The notes: a model not told the origin generated them from the letters alone. Counted from the stretch's first letter, positions 7,989 to 17,979 are shown. The stretch: 24,000 nt of DNA from Shumkonia mesophila (GCF_026163695.1 NZ_JAOTID010000008.1:27217-51216); one strand, 5' to 3'. Translations and numbers: made by a program.

Positions 7989-9304
7989 TGGCCACCCGCT
8001 GGAAACACACGGAAAACCTCGTCGCCTACGTCAACGCCCGCCTGCTTGACCCGGCCTCGGGCCTGGACGCCAAGGGCGCGCTCCTGAGCGAGGGCGAGAC
8101 CATCGCCGACTTCGGGCCCAAGCTCTTCGCCGATGGCGTGCCCGAGGGCGTGCCGGTGATCGACTGCAAGGGCATGTGCCTGGCCCCCGGGCTGGTCGAC
8201 ATGCGCGTGCAGGTGCGCGAGCCCGGCGAGGAGCACAAGGGCACGCTGGCGTCCTCGGGACGCGCCGCCACCGCCGGCGGCGTCACCAGCATGGTCTGCC
8301 TGCCCAACACCCATCCCGCCATCGACGACATGTCGGTGGTGGAATTCATCGCCAGGCGGGCCCGCCTGCTGGGCCTGGCCAAGGTCTACTGCTACGGGGC
8401 CATCACCAAGGGCCTCGCCGGCAAGGAACTGGCCGAGATCGGGCTTCTGGCCGAATCGGGCGCCGTCGGCTTCACCGACGGCGAGAAGTCGGTGGTGGAC
8501 GCCCAGGTGATGCGCCGGGCGCTGCTTTACTCCAGCACCTTCCCGCTTCTCCTCATCCAGCACCCCGAGGAGCCGAGTCTCGCCGGCAGCGGGGTGATGA
8601 ACGCGGGTGAGATGGCGACGCGCTTGGGGCTTAGCGGCATCCCGCGCGAGGCCGAGATCATCATGATCGAGCGCGACATCCGGCTGGTCGAGATGACCGG
8701 CGGACGGCTGCACTTCGCCCACGTCTCGACCGGCGAAAGCGTCGCCGTAATCGCGCGCGCCAAGGAACGCGGCCTCGCCATCACCTGCGACACCGCGCCG
8801 CCCTACTTCGCGCTGAACGAGGTGGAGGTGGGGGACTACCGCACCTTCGCCAAACTGTCGCCGCCGCTGCGCTCGGAAGCTGATCGGGCGGCCATCGTCG
8901 AGGGGCTGAAGTCCGGCGTCATCGACGTTATCGCGTCGGATCACGCGCCGCAGGACGAGGATTCCAAGCGCCTGCCCTTCTCGCAGGCGGCCTGCGGCGG
9001 CATCGGGCTCGAAACCCTGCTGGCGGTGACGCTGGGCCTCGTCCATAACGGCGACCTCAAGCTGCTCGACGCGCTCAAGCTCATCACCGTGGCCCCGGCC
9101 GACGTGCTGGGCCTGCCGGCCGGGCGCCTGAAGAAGGGCGCGGCGGCCGACCTCGTCATCTTCGATCCCGACCGGGTGTGGAAGGTCGAGGCGGCGACGC
9201 TGCTCAGCAAGTCCAAGAACTCGCCCTTCGACGAGCGGCCGGTCCAGGGGCGCGTGTTGCGCACCATCGTCGACGGCCGGACGGTCTTCGAACTCGACAG
9301 TTGA
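7985..9304 (+). CDS. pyrC: Dihydroorotase-like protein, probably the non-catalytic PyrC' partner of ATCase
   Basis: 439-aa amidohydrolase-fold ORF overlapping the pyrB stop (GTGATG; ATG at 7988 is an alternative start). The metal-binding D-x-H-x-H-x-R-x-PG block reads [10 protein letters not shown], so both His are replaced (R and Q). Other DHOase blocks (HFAHVST, SDHAP) are kept. Confidence 0.85.
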   Translation: MMATRWKHTENLVAYVNARLLDPASGLDAKGALLSEGETIADFGPKLFADGVPEGVPVIDCKGMCLAPGLVDMRVQVREPGEEHKGTLASSGRAATAGGVTSMVCLPNTHPAIDDMSVVEFIARRARLLGLAKVYCYGAITKGLAGKELAEIGLLAESGAVGFTDGEKSVVDAQVMRRALLYSSTFPLLLIQHPEEPSLAGSGVMNAGEMATRLGLSGIPREAEIIMIERDIRLVEMTGGRLHFAHVSTGESVAVIARAKERGLAITCDTAPPYFALNEVEVGDYRTFAKLSPPLRSEADRAAIVEGLKSGVIDVIASDHAPQDEDSKRLPFSQAACGGIGLETLLAVTLGLVHNGDLKLLDALKLITVAPADVLGLPAGRLKKGAAADLVIFDPDRVWKVEAATLLSKSKNSPFDERPVQGRVLRTIVDGRTVFELDS

Positions 9305-9308
9305 CCCC

Positions 9309-9914
9309 ATGGACGCGCTGATCGGCACCCTGGGTTACCCGCTGCCGATCGCCTTAGGTCTCGGCTATCTGCTGGGATCCATCCCGTTTGGCCTCATCCT
9401 GACGCGCTTGGCCGGCCAGGGCGACATCCGCCAGATCGGTTCGGGCAACATCGGCGCCACCAACGTGCTGCGCACCGGCAAGAAGGGTCTGGCAGCGGCC
9501 ACGCTGCTGCTGGACGGCGCCAAGGGGGCGGCGGCCGTGCTGCTGATGGCCGGCATCTCGGGCGACGCCGCGCTGGCGGCGGGCTTGGCCTCGGTGCTCG
9601 GCCATGTATTCCCGGTCTGGCTCAGGTTCAACGGCGGGAAGGGGGTGGCGACCACGCTGGGCGTGCTGCTGGCCGCCGCCTGGCCGGTCGGCGTCATGGC
9701 CTGCCTCACCTGGCTGGCGGTGGCAGTGATCTTTCGCATCTCCTCTCTGGCCGCCCTGATCGGGCTCGCCGCGTCGCCGCTTTTCGCTCTCTGGCTGGCC
9801 GACCCCCGCACGGCGGCGATGGCCGCCCTCCTCGCCGCCTTGAGCGTTGCCCGCCACCACGAAAATATCCGCCGCCTGCTCAAGGGCGAGGAACCGCGCA
9901 TCGGCAAGAAATAA
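9309..9914 (+). CDS. plsY: Glycerol-3-phosphate acyltransferase PlsY
   Basis: 201-aa membrane ORF with GSGNIGATNVLR and the FNGGKGVAT motifs diagnostic of PlsY. Confidence 0.92.
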   Translation: MDALIGTLGYPLPIALGLGYLLGSIPFGLILTRLAGQGDIRQIGSGNIGATNVLRTGKKGLAAATLLLDGAKGAAAVLLMAGISGDAALAAGLASVLGHVFPVWLRFNGGKGVATTLGVLLAAAWPVGVMACLTWLAVAVIFRISSLAALIGLAASPLFALWLADPRTAAMAALLAALSVARHHENIRRLLKGEEPRIGKK

Positions 9915-9929
9915 CGGAATTTCGCACAA

Positions 9930-9969
9930 AATTTCGGTGACAGATCCCATGGGATCTGTCACCGAAATT
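9930..9969. terminator. Perfect 40-bp palindrome between convergent genes; probable bidirectional hairpin terminator
   Basis: AATTTCGGTGACAGATCCCA|TGGGATCTGTCACCGAAATT has 20-nt arms, no spacer and no mismatch. It sits 15 nt after the plsY stop and 13 nt after the DUF1476 gene stop. On the minus strand it is followed by TTTGTGCGAAATT. Confidence 0.5.
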
Positions 9970-9982
9970 AGTTCAGCCGAAA

Positions 9983-10381
9983 TTACCCCTTCCGCTTCGC
10001 GAACGGGCCGTCGCCGACCGGGCCATGGTCGGTGTCGAGCGCGCTGGGGTATTCCTTGGCGATCTGGCGGCGGGCTTCCTCGCCAAGGCGTGGCAACTCG
10101 GCGGCGATTGCGGCCTCGCCGATGGCTCCGCCGAGCGCGGCGATACGCTCGGCCAGCGCCGCCGCGAAGTCGGCATCGCCGCGAGCGTCGAAACCGATGA
10201 TCACCGCCTCGCCGGCCAGTTCCTGGGTGGCGGCGCCGTCCAGGCCGAGGCGGCCGGCCGCCCACATCCCGGCCAGCTTGTCGCGCCGGGAGCGCACCTT
10301 GAAGCGGCGCTCCTCCTCCATCTTGTACCTGGCTTCCTGGCTTTTCTTGCGGTCTTCGAAGGCGTCGTCTTCAGGGGTCAT
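9983..10381 (-). CDS. DUF1476 family protein (F1-ATPase inhibitor zeta-subunit-like)
   Basis: The terminal 132 codons of track ORF 9983..11287, starting at ATG 10381: MTPEDDAFEDRKKSQEARYKMEEERRFKVRSRRDKLAGMWAAGRLGL... This matches the DUF1476 pattern (F.DREKA.E.K...DEE..FK...RR.KLLG.WAA..LGL). The upstream 300 codons of the track ORF are shadow frame. Confidence 0.8.
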   Translation of the reverse strand: MTPEDDAFEDRKKSQEARYKMEEERRFKVRSRRDKLAGMWAAGRLGLDGAATQELAGEAVIIGFDARGDADFAAALAERIAALGGAIGEAAIAAELPRLGEEARRQIAKEYPSALDTDHGPVGDGPFAKRKG

Positions 10382-10486
10382 GGCCGCTCCCGCTTTCGCC
10401 CGAGGCTTCGCGGCGATTTTACCATAAGTCCGGCTCGGGGCGACCCTTCCCTTGCGCCGCGCGCCCCGGACCGTTACATCCAAGGA

Positions 10487-11257
10487 GTGTGCACCGTCGT
10501 CCTCCTGCGCCGACCGACCCATGCTTGGCCCCTCATCCTCGGCGCCAACCGCGACGAGATGGGCGACCGGCCGTGGCTGCCGCCGGCCCGCCATTGGCCC
10601 GACCGGCCGCGCGTGGTGGCCGGGCTCGACCGTCTGGCCGGCGGCACCTGGCTCGGCGTCAACACCCACGGCGTCGTCGCCATGGTGCTCAACCGGCGCG
10701 GCTCCCTGGGCCCCCGCCCCGGCGTCAGGAGCCGCGGCGAACTGCCGCTGTTGGCGCTCGAACACGCCGACGCGCGCACGGCGGCCCAGGCGATGGCCGA
10801 CCTCAACCCCGCCGCCTATCGCTCCTTCAACCTGATCGTCGCCGATCATCACGAGGCTTTCTGGCTGTGCTCGCGCTACGACCAGGTGACCCGCGGCCAC
10901 GAACCGCCGGTCGAGGTCCATGCGCTTCCCTCCGGCATCTCGATGATCACGGCCTCGGACCGCAACGACCCCACGTCGCCGCGCGTCCGCGCCTTCCTGC
11001 CGCGCTTCGAGGCGACGACGCCGCCCGATCCCGAGGCCGATGACTGGCGGTCGTGGAGTTCTCTGCTGGAAAGCCGGGTCCATGACGTGGAAGCCGGCCC
11101 GGAGGGCGCCATGACCATCGTCACCGACCACGGATTCGGCACGCTTTGTTCGTCGCTGATCGCCATCGGCCAGCCGGCCGGCGGCAAGGCCCGCGTGGTG
11201 TGGCGGTTTGCGCCGGGCCGGCCCGGCAAAGTGCCATTCAAGCCGGTGATGATTTGA
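10487..11257 (+). CDS. NRDE family protein (TANGO2/DUF833-like)
   Basis: Contains the LILGANRDE motif. The family characteristically begins M-C, which fits the in-frame GTG at 10487 followed by TGC (MCTVVLLRRP...). The upstream part of track ORF 10025..11257 is antisense to the DUF1476 gene. Confidence 0.8.
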   Translation: MCTVVLLRRPTHAWPLILGANRDEMGDRPWLPPARHWPDRPRVVAGLDRLAGGTWLGVNTHGVVAMVLNRRGSLGPRPGVRSRGELPLLALEHADARTAAQAMADLNPAAYRSFNLIVADHHEAFWLCSRYDQVTRGHEPPVEVHALPSGISMITASDRNDPTSPRVRAFLPRFEATTPPDPEADDWRSWSSLLESRVHDVEAGPEGAMTIVTDHGFGTLCSSLIAIGQPAGGKARVVWRFAPGRPGKVPFKPVMI

Positions 11258-11350
11258 GAGCGCAATCGTTGTTTTGAACCCCACCACCTGCTATATGAGG
11301 CGCGACTCTTGTCCGCGTCCCCGCGGCACCAACGAATTCGAGTACCTCCC

Positions 11351-12115
11351 ATGGCTAGACGCAGGCAGATCTACGAGGGCCGGGCCAAGATCCTTTTCGA
11401 GGGCCCCGAGGCGGGCACGCTTGTCCAGCACTTCAAGGACGACGCGTCCAGTTCGGATTCCCCGAAGAAGGGTGTGATCACCGGCAAGGGCGTGCTGAAC
11501 AACCGCATCTCCGAATACCTGATGCTGCGCATCAACGAGATCGGCATCCCCACCCATTTCGTGCGCCGGCTCAACATGCGCGAGCAACTGGTCCGCGAGG
11601 TCGAGATGATCCCGGTGCAGGTGATCGTGCGTAACCTCGCCGCCGGCTCGTTCTCGGAACGCTTCGGCATCCCCGAGGGCACCGCCCTGCCGCGCTCTAT
11701 CATCGAGTACTGCTACAAGTCCGACGAACTGGGCGATCCGCACGTCAGCGAGGAGCATATCACCGCCTTCGAATGGGCGACCTCCCAGGACATGGACGAC
11801 ATCGTTTCCATGAGCCTGCGGATCAACGACTTCCTGACCGGCCTGTTCCTCGGCATCGGCATTCGTCTCGTCGACCTGCGCCTGGAATACGGACGGTTGT
11901 GGGAAGGCGAGCAGATGCGCATCGTGCTGGCCGACGAGATCAGCCCCGACAGCTGCCGGCTGTGGGACATCAAGACCAACGAGAAGATGGACAAGGACCG
12001 CTTCCGCCGCGACCTCGGCAACGTCGAGGACGGCTACCAGGAAGTGGCCCGGCGCCTGGGCATCCTGCCGGAAGGAGGCCCGCGCGACATGAAGGGTCCG
12101 GAAGTGATGCAATAA
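11351..12115 (+). CDS. purC: Phosphoribosylaminoimidazole-succinocarboxamide (SAICAR) synthase
   Basis: [31 protein letters not shown]... is a typical alphaproteobacterial PurC N-terminus. ATG at 11351 lies inside track ORF 11309..12115. Confidence 0.93.
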   Translation: MARRRQIYEGRAKILFEGPEAGTLVQHFKDDASSSDSPKKGVITGKGVLNNRISEYLMLRINEIGIPTHFVRRLNMREQLVREVEMIPVQVIVRNLAAGSFSERFGIPEGTALPRSIIEYCYKSDELGDPHVSEEHITAFEWATSQDMDDIVSMSLRINDFLTGLFLGIGIRLVDLRLEYGRLWEGEQMRIVLADEISPDSCRLWDIKTNEKMDKDRFRRDLGNVEDGYQEVARRLGILPEGGPRDMKGPEVMQ

Positions 12116-12129
12116 GGGGCGAGGGAAAC

Positions 12130-12372
12130 GTGAAGGCAAAAGTCCACGTCATGTTCAAGGAAGGGGTCTTGGACCCCCAGGGCAAGGCCGTCAGCCACGC
12201 GCTGGCCGCCCTCGGGTTCAAGGGCGTCAACGAGGTCCGGCAAGGCAAGTACATCGAGCTCGACCTCGACGAGAAGAACCCCGACAAGGCGCGCCAGAGC
12301 GCCGAGGCCATGTGCAAGCAGCTCCTGGCCAACACCGTCATCGAAACCTACGCCATCGAAATCACCGAGTGA
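12130..12372 (+). CDS. purS: Phosphoribosylformylglycinamidine synthase subunit PurS
   Basis: 80-aa ORF from GTG 12130 ([33 protein letters not shown]) matches the PurS pattern and sits between purC and purQ. Confidence 0.9.
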   Translation: MKAKVHVMFKEGVLDPQGKAVSHALAALGFKGVNEVRQGKYIELDLDEKNPDKARQSAEAMCKQLLANTVIETYAIEITE

Positions 12373-12469
12373 TGACCCGCCCCGCGCGCATCCCGGCGTC
12401 CCATCCAGCGCCCGGGAGCGGTGTGGTTATCGCCAGGCTTCATCGCGACGATTGACGAGAGCATCACCC

Positions 12470-13158
12470 ATGAAAGCCGCAGTCATCGTGTTTCCCGGTT
12501 CCAACTGCGATCGCGACATCCAGGTCGCCATCGAGCAGAGCACCGGCCAGCCTTGCGCCATGATCTGGCACAAGGAGACCTCCCTTCCCCGCCTCGACCT
12601 CATCGTCGTGCCCGGCGGCTTCTCCTACGGGGACTACCTGCGCTCGGGCGCCATGGCGGCCCATTCGCCGATCATGCGGGCCGTCAAGGCCGAGGCCGAC
12701 AGGGGCGTCGCCGTCCTGGGCATCTGCAACGGCTTTCAGGTCTTGACCGAGGCGCAACTGCTGCCGGGCGTGCTGATGAAGAACCGCGATCTTCGCTTCA
12801 TTTGCCGGGACGTCGATCTTAGGGTGGAAGCTACCGACACGGTGTTCACCCGGCGCTACAGGAAAAGCCAGGTAGTGCGCTTCCCGATCGCGCACAACGA
12901 TGGCAACTACTTCGCTGACGCCGAGACCCTCAAGGCGCTGGAGGGCGAGGGCCGCGTGGCGTTCCGCTATTGCGATCCCCAGGGGAACATCACCGAGGCG
13001 GCCAACCCCAATGGCTCTCTCAACAACATCGCCGGCATTCTCAACGCGAAGCGCAACGTGCTTGGCATGATGCCGCACCCCGAGCGGCTGGCCGACATGC
13101 TGCTGGGCGGCATCGATGGCCGGCCGATGTTCGACGGACTGGTGGAGGCCCTGGCGGC

Positions 13159-13162
<4 letters not shown>
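12470..13162 (+). CDS. purQ: Phosphoribosylformylglycinamidine synthase glutaminase subunit PurQ
   Basis: [16 protein letters not shown], the nucleophile block GICNGFQ and HPER near the C-terminus match PurQ. ATG at 12470 lies inside track ORF 12452..13162. Confidence 0.93.
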
Positions 13163-15345
<2,183 letters not shown>

Positions 15346-15371
15346 CGCCGCCTTGGCGGATGGAGGGTGTC

Positions 15372-15611
15372 ATGGCAATGGATTCCGGCGAGATCGAACG
15401 CTTGATCAGGGAAGCGATTCCCGACGCCAAGGTGACTATCGAGGATCTGGCCGGCGACGGCGACCACTATGCCGCCCACGTCGTTTCGGGGGCGTTCAAG
15501 GGCCGCAGCCGGGTCCAGCAGCACCAGATGGTCTACGACGCCTTGAAGGGCCGCATGGGCGGTACGCTGCACGCACTCGCCTTGCAGACCAACGTGCCGG
15601 CCGACGCCTGA
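15372..15611 (+). CDS. BolA family protein
   Basis: Contains D..GDGDHY...VVS..F.G.SRV.QHQMVY..L......LHAL.L.T, the BolA/IbaG pattern. ATG 15372 is preceded by GGAGGG; the track start at 15360 is an alternative. Confidence 0.85.
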   Translation: MAMDSGEIERLIREAIPDAKVTIEDLAGDGDHYAAHVVSGAFKGRSRVQQHQMVYDALKGRMGGTLHALALQTNVPADA

Positions 15612-15636
15612 ACGCAGCGGAGGAAAGACGGGAAAG

Positions 15637-15972
15637 ATGAACGACAACGCGGTCTTCAAGCGCATTCAGCAGGAAATCGACGAGAACCCGGTGGTGGTCT
15701 TCATGAAGGGCACCCCGATGTTCCCGCAGTGCGGCTTCTCGGCCGCCGTGGTGCAGGCGCTTTCGCTGCTGGGCGTCAAGTTCAAGGGCATCGATGTGCT
15801 CACCGACCCGCCGATCCGCGAAGCCATCAAGTCCTTCAGCAACTGGCCGACCCTGCCGCAGCTCTACGTGAAGGGCGAATTCGTCGGCGGCGCCGACATC
15901 GTGCGCGAGATGTACGAATCGGGCGAACTGGCGGAATTCCTGAAAACCAAGGAAATCGCGCTCGCCGACTGA
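15637..15972 (+). CDS. grxD: Grx4-family monothiol glutaredoxin
   Basis: 111-aa ORF with the CGFS active site (FPQCGFS) and WPT.PQLY..GEF.GG.DI. It is preceded by GGAGGAAAG. Confidence 0.92.
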   Translation: MNDNAVFKRIQQEIDENPVVVFMKGTPMFPQCGFSAAVVQALSLLGVKFKGIDVLTDPPIREAIKSFSNWPTLPQLYVKGEFVGGADIVREMYESGELAEFLKTKEIALAD

Positions 15973-15995
15973 GCGCGGGGTTGTGCCCCCATCTT

Positions 15996-16131
15996 CCTCC
16001 CTCTCCGCCCCTTTGGGGGGGAGAGGGTTGGGGTGAGGTGGGGGAATCCCAGGCGACGGCGGCAACCCACCTCACCCTCCCGCGCCTCGGGCGCGGGCCC
16101 CTCCCTCTCCCCCCTGAAGGGCGGAGAGGGG
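15996..16131. repeat. Cluster of four GC-rich REP-like hairpins
   Basis: H1 15999-16027 (CCCTCTCCgCCCC ttt GGGGgGGAGAGGG). H2 16031-16042 pairs with 16066-16077 (GGGTGAGGTGGG/CCCACCTCACCC). H3 16079-16097 (CCCGCGCC tcg GGCGCGGG). H4 16103-16130 (CCCTCTCCcCCC tgaa GGGcGGAGAGGG). The 11-mer CCTCCCTCTCC occurs at 15996 and 16100. Confidence 0.6.
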
Positions 16132-16149
16132 CCGCTTCCCCCCAAAGCG

Positions 16150-16179
16150 AAAGGCCGCGCCCTTGCGGGTGCGGCCTTT
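16150..16179. terminator. Bidirectional intrinsic terminator shared by grxD (+) and rpsD (-)
   Basis: AAAGGCCGCGCCC-TTGC-GGGTGCGGCCTTT forms a 10-bp stem (one G-U) with a tetraloop, flanked by AAA/TTT. It lies 24 nt downstream of the rpsD stop. Confidence 0.65.
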
Positions 16180-16202
16180 GCCGAATTCTCTTTAACCGTC
16201 GG

Positions 16203-16820
16203 TCAGCGCGAGTAGTACTCGATCACCATGTTCGGTTCCATCTGGATCGGGTAGGGAATGTCGGCCAGCTTGGGAACGCGGGTGAACTTGCCGGTCATCT
16301 TGTTGAAGTCGACCTCGACGTAGTCGGGCACGTCGCGCTCGCCCGACTCGGCGGCTTCCAGCACCATCGCCATGGCGCGCGACTTCTCCTTGACCTCGAT
16401 GACGTCGCCTTCCTTGACCAGGTAGGACGGAATGTTGACCCGCTTGCCATTGACCTTGACGTGGCCGTGGCTGACGAACTGGCGGGCGGCGAAAACGGTG
16501 GGCACGAACTTCATGCGGTAGACCACGGCGTCGAGCCGGCGCTCCAGGATGCCGACCAGATGTTCGGAGGTGTCACCGCGGCGCCGCGCCGCTTCCTGGT
16601 AATAGCGGCGGAACTGGCGTTCGCTGATGTTGCCGTAGTAGCCCTTGAGCTTCTGCTTGGCCGCCAACTGGAGCCCGAAATCCGAAGGCTTGCGCCCGCG
16701 CCGCTGGCCGTGCTGGCCGGGACGGTATTCGCGCTTGTTGAGCGAGCTTTTGGGGCGGCCCCACAGATTGACGCCGAATCGGCGGTTGATCTTGTACTTC
16801 GACTGCAAGCGTTTGGTCAT
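16203..16820 (-). CDS. rpsD: 30S ribosomal protein S4
   Basis: 205-aa [28 protein letters not shown]...[10 protein letters not shown]...RLDAVVYR is unmistakably S4. Confidence 0.95.
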   Translation of the reverse strand: MTKRLQSKYKINRRFGVNLWGRPKSSLNKREYRPGQHGQRRGRKPSDFGLQLAAKQKLKGYYGNISERQFRRYYQEAARRRGDTSEHLVGILERRLDAVVYRMKFVPTVFAARQFVSHGHVKVNGKRVNIPSYLVKEGDVIEVKEKSRAMAMVLEAAESGERDVPDYVEVDFNKMTGKFTRVPKLADIPYPIQMEPNMVIEYYSR

Positions 16821-16912
16821 GTATCAAAACCCATTTTTTCTGTTGTTTTATGTCCCAATAGTCCCTTGCGGGCGGGGCAATAAGCCCACGTTCTTGGGAA
16901 TGAAGGGGGCGG

Positions 16913-16940
16913 AGTATACTCATGGCGGGCCGGATGTCAA
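16913..16940 (-). promoter_or_regulatory. Putative strong sigma70-type promoter of rpsD (TTGACA-N16-TATACT)
   Basis: Minus strand: TTGACA (16940-16935), a 16-nt spacer, then TATACT (16918-16913). This predicts a ~85-nt 5' UTR. Confidence 0.5.
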
Positions 16941-16967
16941 ACCCGGCCCGTTTTGGCCTGCTAATAA

Positions 16968-16996
16968 TTGTCTTTCCAGGCTCATGCGCGTATCAT
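16968..16996 (+). promoter_or_regulatory. Putative promoter (TTGTCT-N17-TATCAT) for the small ORF at 17047
   Basis: TTGTCT at 16968-16973 and TATCAT at 16991-16996, divergent from the rpsD promoter. Confidence 0.35.
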
Positions 16997-17046
16997 GGCC
17001 TCTGGGGCAAACGAATGGGGGCAGCCATCGGGAGAGGATGACCGCC

Positions 17047-17241
17047 ATGTCTACCGACGACGCGCAGACGACCGATCGGCCCAATCAAGCCCAACACCAA
17101 GAAAAACCAGCCATTTCCGATCCTCGCGACGACCTGCGCGGCCAAGTTGCCACGCATCGCCGCGAATTGCAGGATTTCTTCGCCCGCCGCCAAGTGTCGC
17201 CGTACGCCAAACGCGGGGTCAAGCGCATCTTCACGCACTGA
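17047..17241 (+). CDS. Small hypothetical protein (64 aa; 67 aa if ATG 17038 is used)
   Basis: GGAGAGG at 17031-17037 lies 9 nt before ATG 17047, with a candidate promoter upstream. The protein MSTDDAQTTDRPNQAQHQEKPAISDPRDDLRGQVATHRRELQDFFARRQVSPYAKRGVKRIFTH belongs to no recognised family. Third-position GC is lower than in neighbouring genes, so coding status is uncertain. Confidence 0.35.
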   Translation: MSTDDAQTTDRPNQAQHQEKPAISDPRDDLRGQVATHRRELQDFFARRQVSPYAKRGVKRIFTH

Positions 17242-17339
17242 CCCTTCGAGACGAACCTGTCGGCTCTCCTCAGGGTGAGGTTCCACCAGGGTCCTCATCC
17301 TGGGCAGCCGGCGGAGATGGCCTGTCGAAGGACCCGCCC

Positions 17340-17903
17340 TCACGCCGATTCGAGTTCGGTATCCCAGTAGAGGAAGTCCCGCCAGCTTTCGTGCAGGAAG
17401 TTGGGCGGGAAGGCGCGGCCGTTCTGCTGCAACTCGTAGGCAGCCGGTTCGGCCGGCTTGCGCAGCGGGTAGACGCCGGTGGACCTCGGCAGCCGGTTGC
17501 CCTTCTTCAGGTTGCACGGCTCGCAGGCCGTGACCACGTTGTCCCACCGCGTGCGTCCGCCGCGCGAGCGCGGGATGACGTGATCGAAGGTCAGGCTCTC
17601 GGTCGGGAAGCGCTGGCCGCAGTACTGGCACGAGAACTTGTCGCGCAGGAACACGTTGAACCGGGTGAACGCCGGGCGACGGGCCAGCGGCACGTAGTCC
17701 TTGAGCGAAATGACGCTGGGCAGGCGCATTTCCCAGCTTGGCGAATGGATGGAACAGTCGTATTCGGAAACCACGGTGACGCGCCCCATGAACACCGCCT
17801 TGACGGCGTTCTGCCACGACCACAGCGACAGCGGGAAGTAGCTCAACGGCCGAAAGTCGGTGTTGAGAACCAGGGCTGGAAAGCTGTCGAGCGCGAGAGA
17901 CAC
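17340..17903 (-). CDS. HNH endonuclease family protein
   Basis: Contains CQYCG...LTFDHVIPRSRGGRTRWDNVVTACEPCNLKKG, the HNH motif with a Cys4 pattern. GTG 17903 is preceded by AGGAG with a 7-nt spacing, giving 187 aa; the track ORF extends to 18002. Confidence 0.85.
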   Translation of the reverse strand: MSLALDSFPALVLNTDFRPLSYFPLSLWSWQNAVKAVFMGRVTVVSEYDCSIHSPSWEMRLPSVISLKDYVPLARRPAFTRFNVFLRDKFSCQYCGQRFPTESLTFDHVIPRSRGGRTRWDNVVTACEPCNLKKGNRLPRSTGVYPLRKPAEPAAYELQQNGRAFPPNFLHESWRDFLYWDTELESA

Positions 17904-17979
17904 CAAAAATCTCCTACGTGACCGGCCGAAGAATACAACATGTTGTTGCCGTTGCCAAATGGCGCAAATTTGACGGTTT

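Noticed and set aside
7877-9328. 483-aa minus-strand ORF antisense to pyrC', and 7083..7826 antisense to pyrB.
   Set aside because: These are shadow ORFs opposite strongly supported genes; the translations are low-complexity.
10382-11287. Upstream 300 codons of the 434-aa minus ORF 9983..11287, which would make a large fusion protein.
   Set aside because: Only the last 132 codons look like a real protein (DUF1476). The remainder is antisense to the well-supported NRDE gene and is low-complexity.
11258-11350. Possible purine/ZTP-type riboswitch upstream of purC.
   Set aside because: The ~90-nt leader shows only a plausible promoter (TTGTTT-N17-TATATG at 11269-11297) and none of the conserved ZTP/pfl or purine-riboswitch sequence blocks I know.
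15996-16131. Repeated GC-rich units considered as a possible CRISPR array, and small ORFs 15836..16075, 15864..16145 and 16033..16215 as genes.
   Set aside because: The units are self-complementary hairpins of different sequence, without regular repeat-spacer periodicity. The ORFs are artefacts of translating REP-like repeats.
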